Assembly (NCBI GenBank): GCA_944392155.1 | Contig: CALXVR010000004.1 | Location: 9,645-73,644, forward strand | Direction: 5' to 3' | Source of the DNA: an uncultured Alphaproteobacteria bacterium | GTDB lineage: Bacteria; Pseudomonadota; Alphaproteobacteria; RF32; CAG-239 | DNA length: 64,000 nucleotides | In this document: positions 27,721-35,957 of the stretch, piece after piece | Numbering within the stretch: position 1 is the first letter of the stretch | How the letters are laid out: each line of letters starts with the position of its first letter | Program-made: the position numbers and the translations under genes | Notes under the pieces: generated by a model | Databases searched by the model: none | The model's input: the letters and a program-made list of their open reading frames with translations, nothing else | What the model was told of the DNA's origin: nothing

Positions 27721-28845
27721 ATGGCAAAAATATTGCGTATATATTTTTTGTTGCCGACCATATTAATTTTATTTATGGTTTTTTATCCGTTTGCTGCAAA
27801 TTTGTTTTATACAAATACAGAAATTATGGATAATCGTCCGTTGCATGAAAAGCCGACAGAGTTTTCCAGAACTTATGCGAAGGAATTTGAAGATTATTAT
27901 AACGACAGCTTTGCCGGTCGAAAGAAATTGATTTCTAAATATGTGAAATTGCAGGGAAAATTAAATATAGATACCGGACAATATTTTTATGGTCAGAACG
28001 GTTGGATGTTTTATGATTCCATTAAAGCAAACAACGGTAATACCTTGGTTGACTATTATGCCGAAGTTTATTTTGATGATGAAGATTTGGCAAAAATGGT
28101 GAAGGGTATTAATATGGCATATGATTTTTATGCCCAAAGAGGAATTAAATATGTTATTTTTGTTGCTCCCAACAAAGAAAATGTTTATTCCGAATTTATG
28201 CCTGAAAGAATGCAGAAAATCAGAAAATCTAATATTTCGCGTATGGACAAGGCTGTTGAATATTTGAAAAAGCATGTTAAAGCCGAAATTGTTAATGCAA
28301 AGCCTGCCATGTTGTCCGCTAAAGATAAGGTTGCTCAGGATTTGTATTTTAAAAAGGATACTCATTGGAATAATATTGGAGCTTATGTCGGATTTTCCTC
28401 TTTGGCTCAGGTATTGAATCAGTGGGGTGCCGGTATAAAGCTACCGTCTTTGGCTGCTTTGGATATTACTTCGGGCGAACTTCGCGATATGGATATGGAA
28501 GCCGGAGCTAAAGAGTGGACTTATGAGGTGGCATATCGTCCGAATTTGAATAGTGTTTGTGTTCAATTTGAGCAAAATGAGCGGGTTAGTGTTTGTAAGA
28601 CTTCCGGCACGGGAAATTCTCAAAAACTTTTAGTCTGGACAGATTCTTTTGCATCTGCGTTGAAGCCATATTTTAATCGTTCTTACAAAACAGTCTTTTA
28701 CTCGGTTGCAGGTTTGAAGAAACTTTCTGAAATTGAGGCTATTGTTGATGAAACTAAACCAAATATTGTGGTTGATGAGTTAGTTGAAAGATATTTTCAA
28801 CGTTTTGCAAATTATCCGAGAATTTTCGGAGGAGAGTATGACTAA
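27721..28845 (+). CDS. AlgJ/AlgX-like O-acyltransferase component (membrane-anchored)
   Basis: 374 aa with an N-terminal TM segment. FEDYYNDSFAGRKK, VAPNKENVYSEFMP and KKDTHWNNIGAYVGF (D-x-H motif). Confidence 0.75.
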   Translation: MAKILRIYFLLPTILILFMVFYPFAANLFYTNTEIMDNRPLHEKPTEFSRTYAKEFEDYYNDSFAGRKKLISKYVKLQGKLNIDTGQYFYGQNGWMFYDSIKANNGNTLVDYYAEVYFDDEDLAKMVKGINMAYDFYAQRGIKYVIFVAPNKENVYSEFMPERMQKIRKSNISRMDKAVEYLKKHVKAEIVNAKPAMLSAKDKVAQDLYFKKDTHWNNIGAYVGFSSLAQVLNQWGAGIKLPSLAALDITSGELRDMDMEAGAKEWTYEVAYRPNLNSVCVQFEQNERVSVCKTSGTGNSQKLLVWTDSFASALKPYFNRSYKTVFYSVAGLKKLSEIEAIVDETKPNIVVDELVERYFQRFANYPRIFGGEYD

Positions 28846-29974
28846 GTTTTTTAATAAGCTGTTTTCTTTGTATCTTTTGCTTCCGACGGCGGTTGTTTTG
28901 TTCTGGGTTTTTGTTCCGTTTGTGAGAAATCTGTTTGTGAGCAATACAGAGCTTTTGGATAATCGTCCGCTTAATGAAAAGCCGGAAAAATTGACCAGAA
29001 ATTTTGCAAAGGAGTTTGAGGCTTATTACAATGATACTTTTGCTGATCGTAAAAAGATGATTAAAAAGCTTACAAAGCTAAGGATTAAGTGGGGATTGGA
29101 CAGTGGTGCAACAATTAACGGTAAGGATGGATGGCTCTTTTATGATTCCGGAAAGCTTCCTGATGGTTATACGTTGATTGATTATTTTGGAAAAATTCAG
29201 TTTTCGGATGCGGAGTTGAAGCAGATGGCTGAAGGTTTGCAAAAGGCCAAGGCGTATTATAAGAAAAGAGGAATTGAATATTATTTGGTTGTTGCGCCAA
29301 ACAAAGAAGGTATGTATTCCGAATATATGCCGGACAGATTGCAAGCAGAAAGAGTTTCTGAAAAATCAAGAACCGATGTGGCGATTGAATATTTGCAAAA
29401 GCATACGGATGTTAATATTATTAATTTCAGAGACGTTTTAGATGATGCTAAAAACAAGTATGGCATTAATTTGTATTATCCTAAAGACTCTCATTGGAAT
29501 GAAGTCGGCGCTTATTTAGCATTTACTGATCTGGCGTCATTGATGCGTAAACAAGGTATTCGTAATGTCCCTGTGAAGGGGTTACGCAAAAATATGATAA
29601 GCGAGGACGGATATTATGTTACAGATTTGAATAAGCTGGATCAAAATATGGATGTTCGTTATAAAGTCGATTATTTGTCGGGGAAAGAGGGAAAACTTTC
29701 TTTGCAAGAAGATAATGGATATTTTGCGGTCTATGAAAATTCTAAAGCCCCGGTTAAAAAGACTGTGTTTATGATCAGAGATTCATTCGGGTTGGCTTTA
29801 ATCCCTTATTTTGATAAGACTTTTGCCAAAAATATATTTGCTCATAATAAATATAATAAAAGGCAAGAACTTGACCGGCTGGTTGCCGAATATAAGCCGG
29901 ATATTATGGTGGATGAGGTGGTGGAAAGATATTTTGACCGCTTGTTGAAGTATAATGAACTTTATGGAGAATAA
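28838..29974 (+). CDS. AlgJ/AlgX-like O-acyltransferase component, tandem paralogue
   Basis: Start at ATG 28838 (GGAGGAG RBS, overlapping the upstream stop). FEAYYNDTFADRKK, VAPNKEGMYSEYMP and PKDSHWNEVGAYLAF. Confidence 0.75.
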   Translation: MTKFFNKLFSLYLLLPTAVVLFWVFVPFVRNLFVSNTELLDNRPLNEKPEKLTRNFAKEFEAYYNDTFADRKKMIKKLTKLRIKWGLDSGATINGKDGWLFYDSGKLPDGYTLIDYFGKIQFSDAELKQMAEGLQKAKAYYKKRGIEYYLVVAPNKEGMYSEYMPDRLQAERVSEKSRTDVAIEYLQKHTDVNIINFRDVLDDAKNKYGINLYYPKDSHWNEVGAYLAFTDLASLMRKQGIRNVPVKGLRKNMISEDGYYVTDLNKLDQNMDVRYKVDYLSGKEGKLSLQEDNGYFAVYENSKAPVKKTVFMIRDSFGLALIPYFDKTFAKNIFAHNKYNKRQELDRLVAEYKPDIMVDEVVERYFDRLLKYNELYGE

Positions 29975-29975
29975 T

Positions 29976-30989
29976 ATGAAGTCTATCTTAGTTACCGGCG
30001 GTGCCGGTTTTATCGGTGCGAATTTCGTACCTTATTTTGCCAAGAAATATCCGGAATATAAGGTTATTAATTTGGATAAACTGACTTATGCCGGAAATCC
30101 GGATAATCTGTCCGATTGTGCAGACTGTGCAAATTATCAGTTTGTGCAAGGTGATATTTGTGACAGAGCCTTGATTGAAAAACTCTTTGCCGAAAATGAT
30201 ATCAGAGGTGTTATTCACTTTGCCGCGGAAAGCCATGTGGATAATTCTATTACTGGTCCGAAGGCGTTTATTGAAACAAATATTGTCGGTACCTTTACGT
30301 TGCTTGATGTTGCTCGAAATGCTTGGATGGAAGCTCCTCATAAGGTTAAAGCCGGTTATGAAGATTGCCGCTTCCACCATATCTCTACAGATGAGGTTTA
30401 TGGCGCATTGGGTGAAACAGGTTTCTTTAAAGAAACGACGCCGTATGATCCGAGCTCTCCTTATTCCGCTTCTAAAGCTAGTTCGGATATGTTAGTGCGT
30501 GCATATCATCGTACTTATGGTATGAATGTTACTGTTTCCAACTGTTCTAATAACTATGGTCCGAAACAGCACCCCGAAAAGCTTATTCCCAAAATCATTT
30601 CCAATGCTTTGAGCGGCAAAAATATTCCGATTTACGGTGATGGTAAAAATGTTCGTGATTGGCTCTATGTCTTGGATCACTGCAAAGCTATTGACCTGAT
30701 TTTCCATAATGGTAAGTCCGGTGAGACTTATAATATCGGCGGGCATAATGAGCGCAACAATCTGCAGATTGTTGATGCAATTTGCTCTATCTTGGATAAG
30801 AGATGTCCGAAGAAAGACGGTGGTTCTTACAAAGATTTGATTGTCTTTGTTACGGATCGTCCGGGACATGATCGTCGTTATGCCATTGATGCAACCAAGC
30901 TCACGACACAACTTGGTTGGAAAGCTGACGAGAACTTTGATACGGGTATTGTTAAGACTGTAGACTGGTACCTGAAAAAGCTCGCATAG
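29976..30989 (+). CDS. rfbB: dTDP-glucose 4,6-dehydratase
   Basis: Start at ATG 29976. ILVTGGAGFIGANF, HISTDEVYG, YSASKASSD and DRPGHDRRYAID. Confidence 0.93.
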   Translation: MKSILVTGGAGFIGANFVPYFAKKYPEYKVINLDKLTYAGNPDNLSDCADCANYQFVQGDICDRALIEKLFAENDIRGVIHFAAESHVDNSITGPKAFIETNIVGTFTLLDVARNAWMEAPHKVKAGYEDCRFHHISTDEVYGALGETGFFKETTPYDPSSPYSASKASSDMLVRAYHRTYGMNVTVSNCSNNYGPKQHPEKLIPKIISNALSGKNIPIYGDGKNVRDWLYVLDHCKAIDLIFHNGKSGETYNIGGHNERNNLQIVDAICSILDKRCPKKDGGSYKDLIVFVTDRPGHDRRYAIDATKLTTQLGWKADENFDTGIVKTVDWYLKKLA

Positions 30990-31100
30990 AGAGCATCTAA
31001 TACAGAAATTGCAGGGCGAAAGTTTCCTCGCGTACTTCTTTGTATGCTGCGGGACTTTCGCCTTTATTTCTTATTATATGCCTCACTCTCCGAGCTTTTC
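30974..31100. repeat. Palindromic intergenic repeat, family 1 (complete); left arm overlaps the rfbB stop
   Basis: GAAAAAGCTCGCATAGAGAGCATCTAATACAGAAATTGCAGGGCGAAAGTTTCCTCGCGTAC pairs with GTATGCTGCGGGACTTTCGCCTTTATTTCTTATTATATGCCTCACTCTCCGAGCTTTTC. The ends match 12353-12479 but the interior stem has a different sequence. Confidence 0.7.
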
Positions 31101-31120
31101 AAAAATCTTGTTTGGAGGTT

Positions 31121-31195
31121 TTCTAGAGCAATTTTACGAGATTGATAAAAATTCACTTAGTTCAATCTACGCTAAAATTTTTATCATCTCTAGAA
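31121..31195. repeat. Palindromic intergenic repeat, family 2 (core hairpin)
   Basis: TTCTAGAG..GATTGATAAAAATT-CACTTAGTTCAATCTACGCTA-AAATTTTTATCATC-TCTAGAA. The loop matches the 18496-18520 loop (CACGTAGGTCATACTACGCTA) while the stems differ but still pair. Confidence 0.65.
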
Positions 31196-31494
31196 ATTAC
31201 TCTATAAATTCCATCAGCCAAAGTTTTTAATCTGTACAACAAACTGTTGCCACAAGCTGGCTACCTTTGTTGAACCGTAAAATATCCAAAAAAATATGTA
31301 CCTTCATTAATGGTAGACAAAAATAAATGTAGTCTCATTAATAGTTGACTAATTCACAAAATTAGTTTATTCTAATATCTGATAGGTGTGATGTATTTAA
31401 CGATTGTGAACAGTTTTTACTGTTTTCTCGTTTGTTTTTGCGCACACCCGTGCCTGTCGCAGGCTCTGTCTTAATTAACTTTTTGAGGTGTGCC

Positions 31495-32496
31495 ATGTTT
31501 CGTTCTTGTCTGCTTCTTTCTCTTGCTGTCGTCGGTTGTTGTTATTACCCGTCCAAGGCTGAGGCGATTAAGCTACCTAATATTGCCTCTTCAAATAAGT
31601 TTATTTTACACACATACACACATATATCCACACCCAAGATTGAGCCTGCGACCTCTTTTGCTCAATTAGATAAATCTTTTAAAACAGCTGCCGTTTGCTT
31701 TTTGGGCTTCGGCGAATGCGGAGATGTTTCCTTCGGAAAAGGCGATGATAACTACGATCTTGATGGAGATGTGATGTGTCAGGCAGAAGGTTATAACGTG
31801 ACAGCTTGTACCGTACCTTCTTATCTTTATAATCAATGCCCGTATGACCCTAAGTATTATAAATCATGCAAAGAAGATACCGACAAAGCCTGTAAAGATG
31901 CCGGATATGTCTCTTCTTGCGCTGATGGATATATAAAAGATGAAACTCAAGTCTGCCCATATAGCGATTCATATTATAAATGCAAATGCAATCCCTGTGA
32001 CGGATATTCTTATACATTAAGCGAAGCCACGGCTCAAGGTTATGTTACAGATGGAAGTTGCAACAGCTGCGGTACAACAAAGTATAAACGCAAAAATAAT
32101 CCTTGTACCGGATATCTGACTTGTGAATGCGGCGGCGAAATTGGTACTCCGACTTGCAAAAGCGGTACGGTTACTAAATATCAAACCTGCAAAACTTGTT
32201 GCGAATATAAATGCTCAGAAATAACCTGCCCTGATGGATATATTTGCGAAAAAGAAACCTGCTCTAACAAATATTGTATAATCGGCTGTAAAAGTGGTTA
32301 TGGTGACTTGAATACATATTGGAGCGATGGTTTGCTTGGATGTTGGCTTAGCGGTAACATAATTAACGGTTATGGTTGCGTAAAAATTCCTGATTGTTCG
32401 TCTTTAGGTTTTTCTCAAACTGTTAGCGATTGTAGTGGAAAAAAGTATCTTGTTTGTCCATTTAATTGCAATCAGGTGTTTTGTCTCAGCGACTAA
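31495..32496 (+). CDS. Cys-rich secreted protein (about 37 Cys in 333 aa by hand count)
   Basis: Start at ATG 31495 (GAGGTG RBS; the track ORF starts at an upstream TTG). Signal peptide MFRSCLLLSLAVVGCCYYPSKAEA, repeated CPY..(Y)YK.C motifs, and a C-terminal 5-Cys module CVKIPDCSSLGFSQTVSDCSGKKYLVCPFNCNQVFC. Confidence 0.7.
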   Translation: MFRSCLLLSLAVVGCCYYPSKAEAIKLPNIASSNKFILHTYTHISTPKIEPATSFAQLDKSFKTAAVCFLGFGECGDVSFGKGDDNYDLDGDVMCQAEGYNVTACTVPSYLYNQCPYDPKYYKSCKEDTDKACKDAGYVSSCADGYIKDETQVCPYSDSYYKCKCNPCDGYSYTLSEATAQGYVTDGSCNSCGTTKYKRKNNPCTGYLTCECGGEIGTPTCKSGTVTKYQTCKTCCEYKCSEITCPDGYICEKETCSNKYCIIGCKSGYGDLNTYWSDGLLGCWLSGNIINGYGCVKIPDCSSLGFSQTVSDCSGKKYLVCPFNCNQVFCLSD

Positions 32497-32512
32497 TTTT
32501 AGGAGAATAATT

Positions 32513-33352
32513 ATGAAAAAAGAAATTGCTTCTATCTGTGTTTTATCTTGTATAAGTTATTCGGCAAATGCAGCAACTTGTACAACGCCTCCGTCTTGTT
32601 CTTCTCTCGGATATACGCAAACAGCTGCTGATTGTGAAGGAAAGAATGCAATTAGATGTCCGATGGATAATTCAGCTTTGTTTTGCGGAAACGCAAATGA
32701 TGGCACACAACCGTCTCCGGCAAAAATTCTTTATGCAGACCATACGGTAAGCTCTACCTACTATCCCAATAAAAAAGCGATAGGAATTGTTTTTGATGAA
32801 AAAAAACGTAAAGCTATCGGTCTTGAGTATTTTATGAATCAACCTTCTTGTATGGGAGATAGTACTTATTATGAGGTTTCAGATATAACATCCTGTGAAG
32901 AAGAAGAGCTGGAAACTTGTGCTACAGACGGAAAGATAAATACGCAAAAAATTAAACAACTTTGTTGGTCAAGTAGTAGTTTTATAAATATGACGGATGA
33001 TGGAGTATTAAAAACTTATGTCCCCGATGGATGTTCTGCGGCTTGGTGTGGAGCTGGGCAATGGTACATACCGAGTATTGCCGAACTCAAACAAATTTAT
33101 AAAAATTTGCGCAATATTAATGCGGCTTTAGCTCTCAATGGTATTGTCGGATTGTTAAATACAACTTGTACCACTTGTTGGGAGTATTCTAATTATTATG
33201 ATTGGTTTCCGGTTTTCTCGTCTAATGTTTATCATAGACAATCTAATGATGAGGAATATGCTGCTTATTATATTTATAGTTTTAATTCTGGTAGCGTTAG
33301 TCGTCAGTCTTCTTCCGGAATTAATAAGATTGTTCTTGCCATACAATATTAA
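32513..33352 (+). CDS. Secreted protein: N-terminal 5-Cys module + DUF1566-like (Lcl C-terminal-type) domain
   Basis: Start at ATG 32513 (AGGAG RBS). Signal peptide ..SYSANAA, then CTTPPSCSSLGYTQTAADCEGKNAIRCPMDNSALFC. The later WYIPSIAELKQIY resembles the DUF1566 W.LP...EL motif. Confidence 0.65.
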   Translation: MKKEIASICVLSCISYSANAATCTTPPSCSSLGYTQTAADCEGKNAIRCPMDNSALFCGNANDGTQPSPAKILYADHTVSSTYYPNKKAIGIVFDEKKRKAIGLEYFMNQPSCMGDSTYYEVSDITSCEEEELETCATDGKINTQKIKQLCWSSSSFINMTDDGVLKTYVPDGCSAAWCGAGQWYIPSIAELKQIYKNLRNINAALALNGIVGLLNTTCTTCWEYSNYYDWFPVFSSNVYHRQSNDEEYAAYYIYSFNSGSVSRQSSSGINKIVLAIQY

Positions 33353-33384
33353 ATTTATTTTTGGATTATAAAAATCTTTATAGC

Positions 33385-33414
33385 AAAAAAAAGCTCCCTT
33401 GCGGGAGCTTTAAT
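33385..33414. terminator. Terminator hairpin between convergent genes
   Basis: AAAAAAAAGCTCCC-TTGC-GGGAGCTTT. The T-run is on the minus strand, so it serves the TerC-family gene and possibly also the plus-strand gene. Confidence 0.7.
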
Positions 33415-34377
33415 TTATTTTACCTGAGGTTGTTTGGTTTTTATCAGTGAGGCAAAAATACCTATAAACAAAATACCAAAGGTAATACTCAAGGAATGAA
33501 CCGCCTCAATATTTATACCGATATGCGGCAGGAAGATTTTGGTGCCGATGAATATCAGAATAACAGCTAAGGCCGGTTTTAAGTAAACAAAGCGGTTGAC
33601 CGCGGCAGCCAGCAAAAAGTACAAAGACCTTAAGCCCAAAATGGCAAAAATGTTACTTGTATAAACAATAAAGACATCTTGAGTAATCAAGAAGATGGCC
33701 GGAATACTGTCTACCGCAAAAATAACATCCATTGTTTCAATGACCAACAAGGCAAAGAACAATGGGGTGATGAAATATATGCCGCGGCGATGGATGAAAA
33801 AGTGTTCATTATGAATGCGCTTGGTTACATTGAATTTGCGACGAATGAATTGGTAAAGTTTTGTCTCGGTTAAGGGTGTGTCGTCCTCTTTCTGAAGAAC
33901 CATTTTGATACCTGTATAAAGTAAGAAAAGAGAGAAAATGTACAGTATCCAATGGAAACGGCTAACCAGCTGCGCGCCGATACCAATCATTAATGCACGC
34001 ATGACAATAGCGCCTAAAATACCCCAGAACAAAACACGGTGTTGGTATTTTGTCGGAATGTTTAGGCTTGAGAAAATCAGCGAGATAACAAAAATGTTAT
34101 CCATGGAAAGGCTTTTTTCTACCAGATAGCCGGTGTAATATAACATACCGTCTTGTGTGCCGTGCTCATAGATAATAAACACACCGAAGATAAGCGCAAT
34201 GATGATATAAAAGGCGCTGAGTTTGAATGTTTCTGCAATCGTGGGTTCTTCGTCTTTTTTATGAAAAACGCATAAGTCCAAAAACAAAAGTACGCAAACT
34301 ATTACGCCGAAGATAATCCACATCATATAGGTCGGCATAATAAAGTGGTTGGTAAAAATTTCATGTAATTTTTCCAT
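33415..34377 (-). CDS. TerC/Alx-family integral membrane protein
   Basis: 320 aa and polytopic. YFTGYLVEKSLSMDNIFV and FAVDSIPAI motifs are characteristic of TerC-family proteins. Confidence 0.85.
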   Translation of the reverse strand: MEKLHEIFTNHFIMPTYMMWIIFGVIVCVLLFLDLCVFHKKDEEPTIAETFKLSAFYIIIALIFGVFIIYEHGTQDGMLYYTGYLVEKSLSMDNIFVISLIFSSLNIPTKYQHRVLFWGILGAIVMRALMIGIGAQLVSRFHWILYIFSLFLLYTGIKMVLQKEDDTPLTETKLYQFIRRKFNVTKRIHNEHFFIHRRGIYFITPLFFALLVIETMDVIFAVDSIPAIFLITQDVFIVYTSNIFAILGLRSLYFLLAAAVNRFVYLKPALAVILIFIGTKIFLPHIGINIEAVHSLSITFGILFIGIFASLIKTKQPQVK

Positions 34378-34531
34378 AGCAGAATATAATTCCTCGTTTT
34401 ATAAAATTAGTTTCGTTCAGAAGTGAGGGTATGTTATGTGACGGCTTACGTCAATGATAAATTTTAGGTTTTCTTGAACTTATTTTTCTGGTATTCTTTA
34501 ATATACGGTTTGAAAAAGACGGATTGAAAAA

Positions 34532-35293
34532 ATGAAAGCACATTTATTTTCATTTATGACTTTGCGTGTAAAAAAAGCAGCTTTTTTGTTGGGCGGAGCA
34601 AGCCTTATCTTATTTATGGCATTTAGCGGTGGAGATTGGCGCACAGCCAGCCGTGAAAGTGCCGGTTTGGCTCCGTTACCGAAAGAAGTTTCTGAAGCAG
34701 TTGTTCAAGTCTATGCCGCCAGAACTTTTAGTTGGCGCGGGTATTTTGCCGTACATACTTGGATTGCGACCAAAGAAAAAAATGCGCCTTTTTATATAAC
34801 TTATCAGGTTATGGGATGGCAGTTGCGTTATCGGGGAACTGCGGTTGACATTAAACAGGATGTTCCTGACCGAAAATGGTATGGTGCAATGCCTGAGCTT
34901 GTTCAGGAATTGCGTGGTGAAAAAGCCGAAAAAGCTATTCCTCAAATAAAAAAACTCGCTCAGAATTATCCTTATGGCAAAACTTATCGGGCTTGGCCGG
35001 GGCCAAACAGCAATACCTTTATTTCTTATATTATTCGTAATGTGCCGGAGCTGACGGTTGAGCTTCCGCCACATGCCATCGGAAAAGATTGGACGCCTAA
35101 TTTGATTGAGAAAGCGGAAAGCGGTAGGGGGTATTTGTTGTCTTTATATGGTTTGTTGGGGATTTCTGTCGGCGTTGCGGAAGGTTTGGAATTTAATTTG
35201 TTGGGATTAAACTTTGGGGCGGATTTTTACCGCCCCGCGTTGAAGCTTCCGTTAATCGGAAGAATCGGTCTTAAGGATAAACCTCTGGAATAA
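34532..35293 (+). CDS. Membrane-anchored hypothetical protein (DUF3750-like, tentative)
   Basis: 253 aa with one N-terminal TM segment. AVHTWIATKEKNAPFYITYQVMGW...WPGPNSNTF recalls DUF3750. This is a recollection only. Confidence 0.55.
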   Translation: MKAHLFSFMTLRVKKAAFLLGGASLILFMAFSGGDWRTASRESAGLAPLPKEVSEAVVQVYAARTFSWRGYFAVHTWIATKEKNAPFYITYQVMGWQLRYRGTAVDIKQDVPDRKWYGAMPELVQELRGEKAEKAIPQIKKLAQNYPYGKTYRAWPGPNSNTFISYIIRNVPELTVELPPHAIGKDWTPNLIEKAESGRGYLLSLYGLLGISVGVAEGLEFNLLGLNFGADFYRPALKLPLIGRIGLKDKPLE

Positions 35294-35956
35294 TTATATC
35301 TCAACATGAACGGAGATGCGCCGGTTCTTTATTCTATTTTCAGGAATCGGCGTACCATTTAAATCTCTGTTGGGATATTTTGGGGCTATATCTGCCATAC
35401 CGACAGCTTGGAAACGGTCGGGATTTAGACCGGCTTTGATGAATTCTCGAACAACCGCGGCGGCTCTAGCTGCCGAAAGTTCCCAGCTTGAGGCAAAGGT
35501 GTTGCTGACGATAGGCATATCGTCGGTGTGTCCTTCAACGATGACACGGAAGCGTTTGTAGCGATTGTTGCTCAAAAGAGGTGCAATTCTTTTAATGGTT
35601 TTTACGCCTTCAGGGGTGATGTTTGCCTCACCTTGTTCAAAGAGGTTTATGTCTGCAATATCTAATACAGCACCTTTAGAATCGGAGCCTAAACCGACAC
35701 CTTCACCCAAATCCATCTCTTTGGCGTCATCCATAAAACTTAAAATCGTGCCGTTTAATTGTTCGGTCGGAATGCTGTTAAATGCAGCAGCCATGGCATA
35801 TTCCATTTGAGCCGCTTTCTCTTTGTCTAAGCTTGATGATGCAAAGAGCACGATAAACAGGGCCAAGAGCAAGGTTAACAAATCCGAGTAGGGGATTAAC
35901 CATGTTTCGTCGGCATGTTCTTCATGTGGTTCGGAATGTTGTTTTTTTCTGGACAT
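35294..35956 (-). CDS. motB: Flagellar motor stator protein MotB (OmpA-like C-terminal domain)
   Basis: 220 aa. WLIPYSDLLTLLLALFIVLFA is the plug/TM segment carrying the conserved Asp. The C-terminus has VEGHTDDMPI...SNWELSAARA-like (SSWELSAARAAAV) peptidoglycan-binding motifs. Confidence 0.88.
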   Translation of the reverse strand: MSRKKQHSEPHEEHADETWLIPYSDLLTLLLALFIVLFASSSLDKEKAAQMEYAMAAAFNSIPTEQLNGTILSFMDDAKEMDLGEGVGLGSDSKGAVLDIADINLFEQGEANITPEGVKTIKRIAPLLSNNRYKRFRVIVEGHTDDMPIVSNTFASSWELSAARAAAVVREFIKAGLNPDRFQAVGMADIAPKYPNRDLNGTPIPENRIKNRRISVHVEI

Positions 35957-35957
35957 A

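Noticed and set aside
34378-34531. Possible yybP-ykoY (Mn2+) riboswitch in the leader of the TerC-family gene
   Set aside because: I read the minus-strand leader in full. It lacks the conserved GGGGAGUAG 5' block and the GAGACC-type 3' block of that riboswitch, and only a promoter-like TTGACG is visible. An Infernal scan with RF00080 would settle it.
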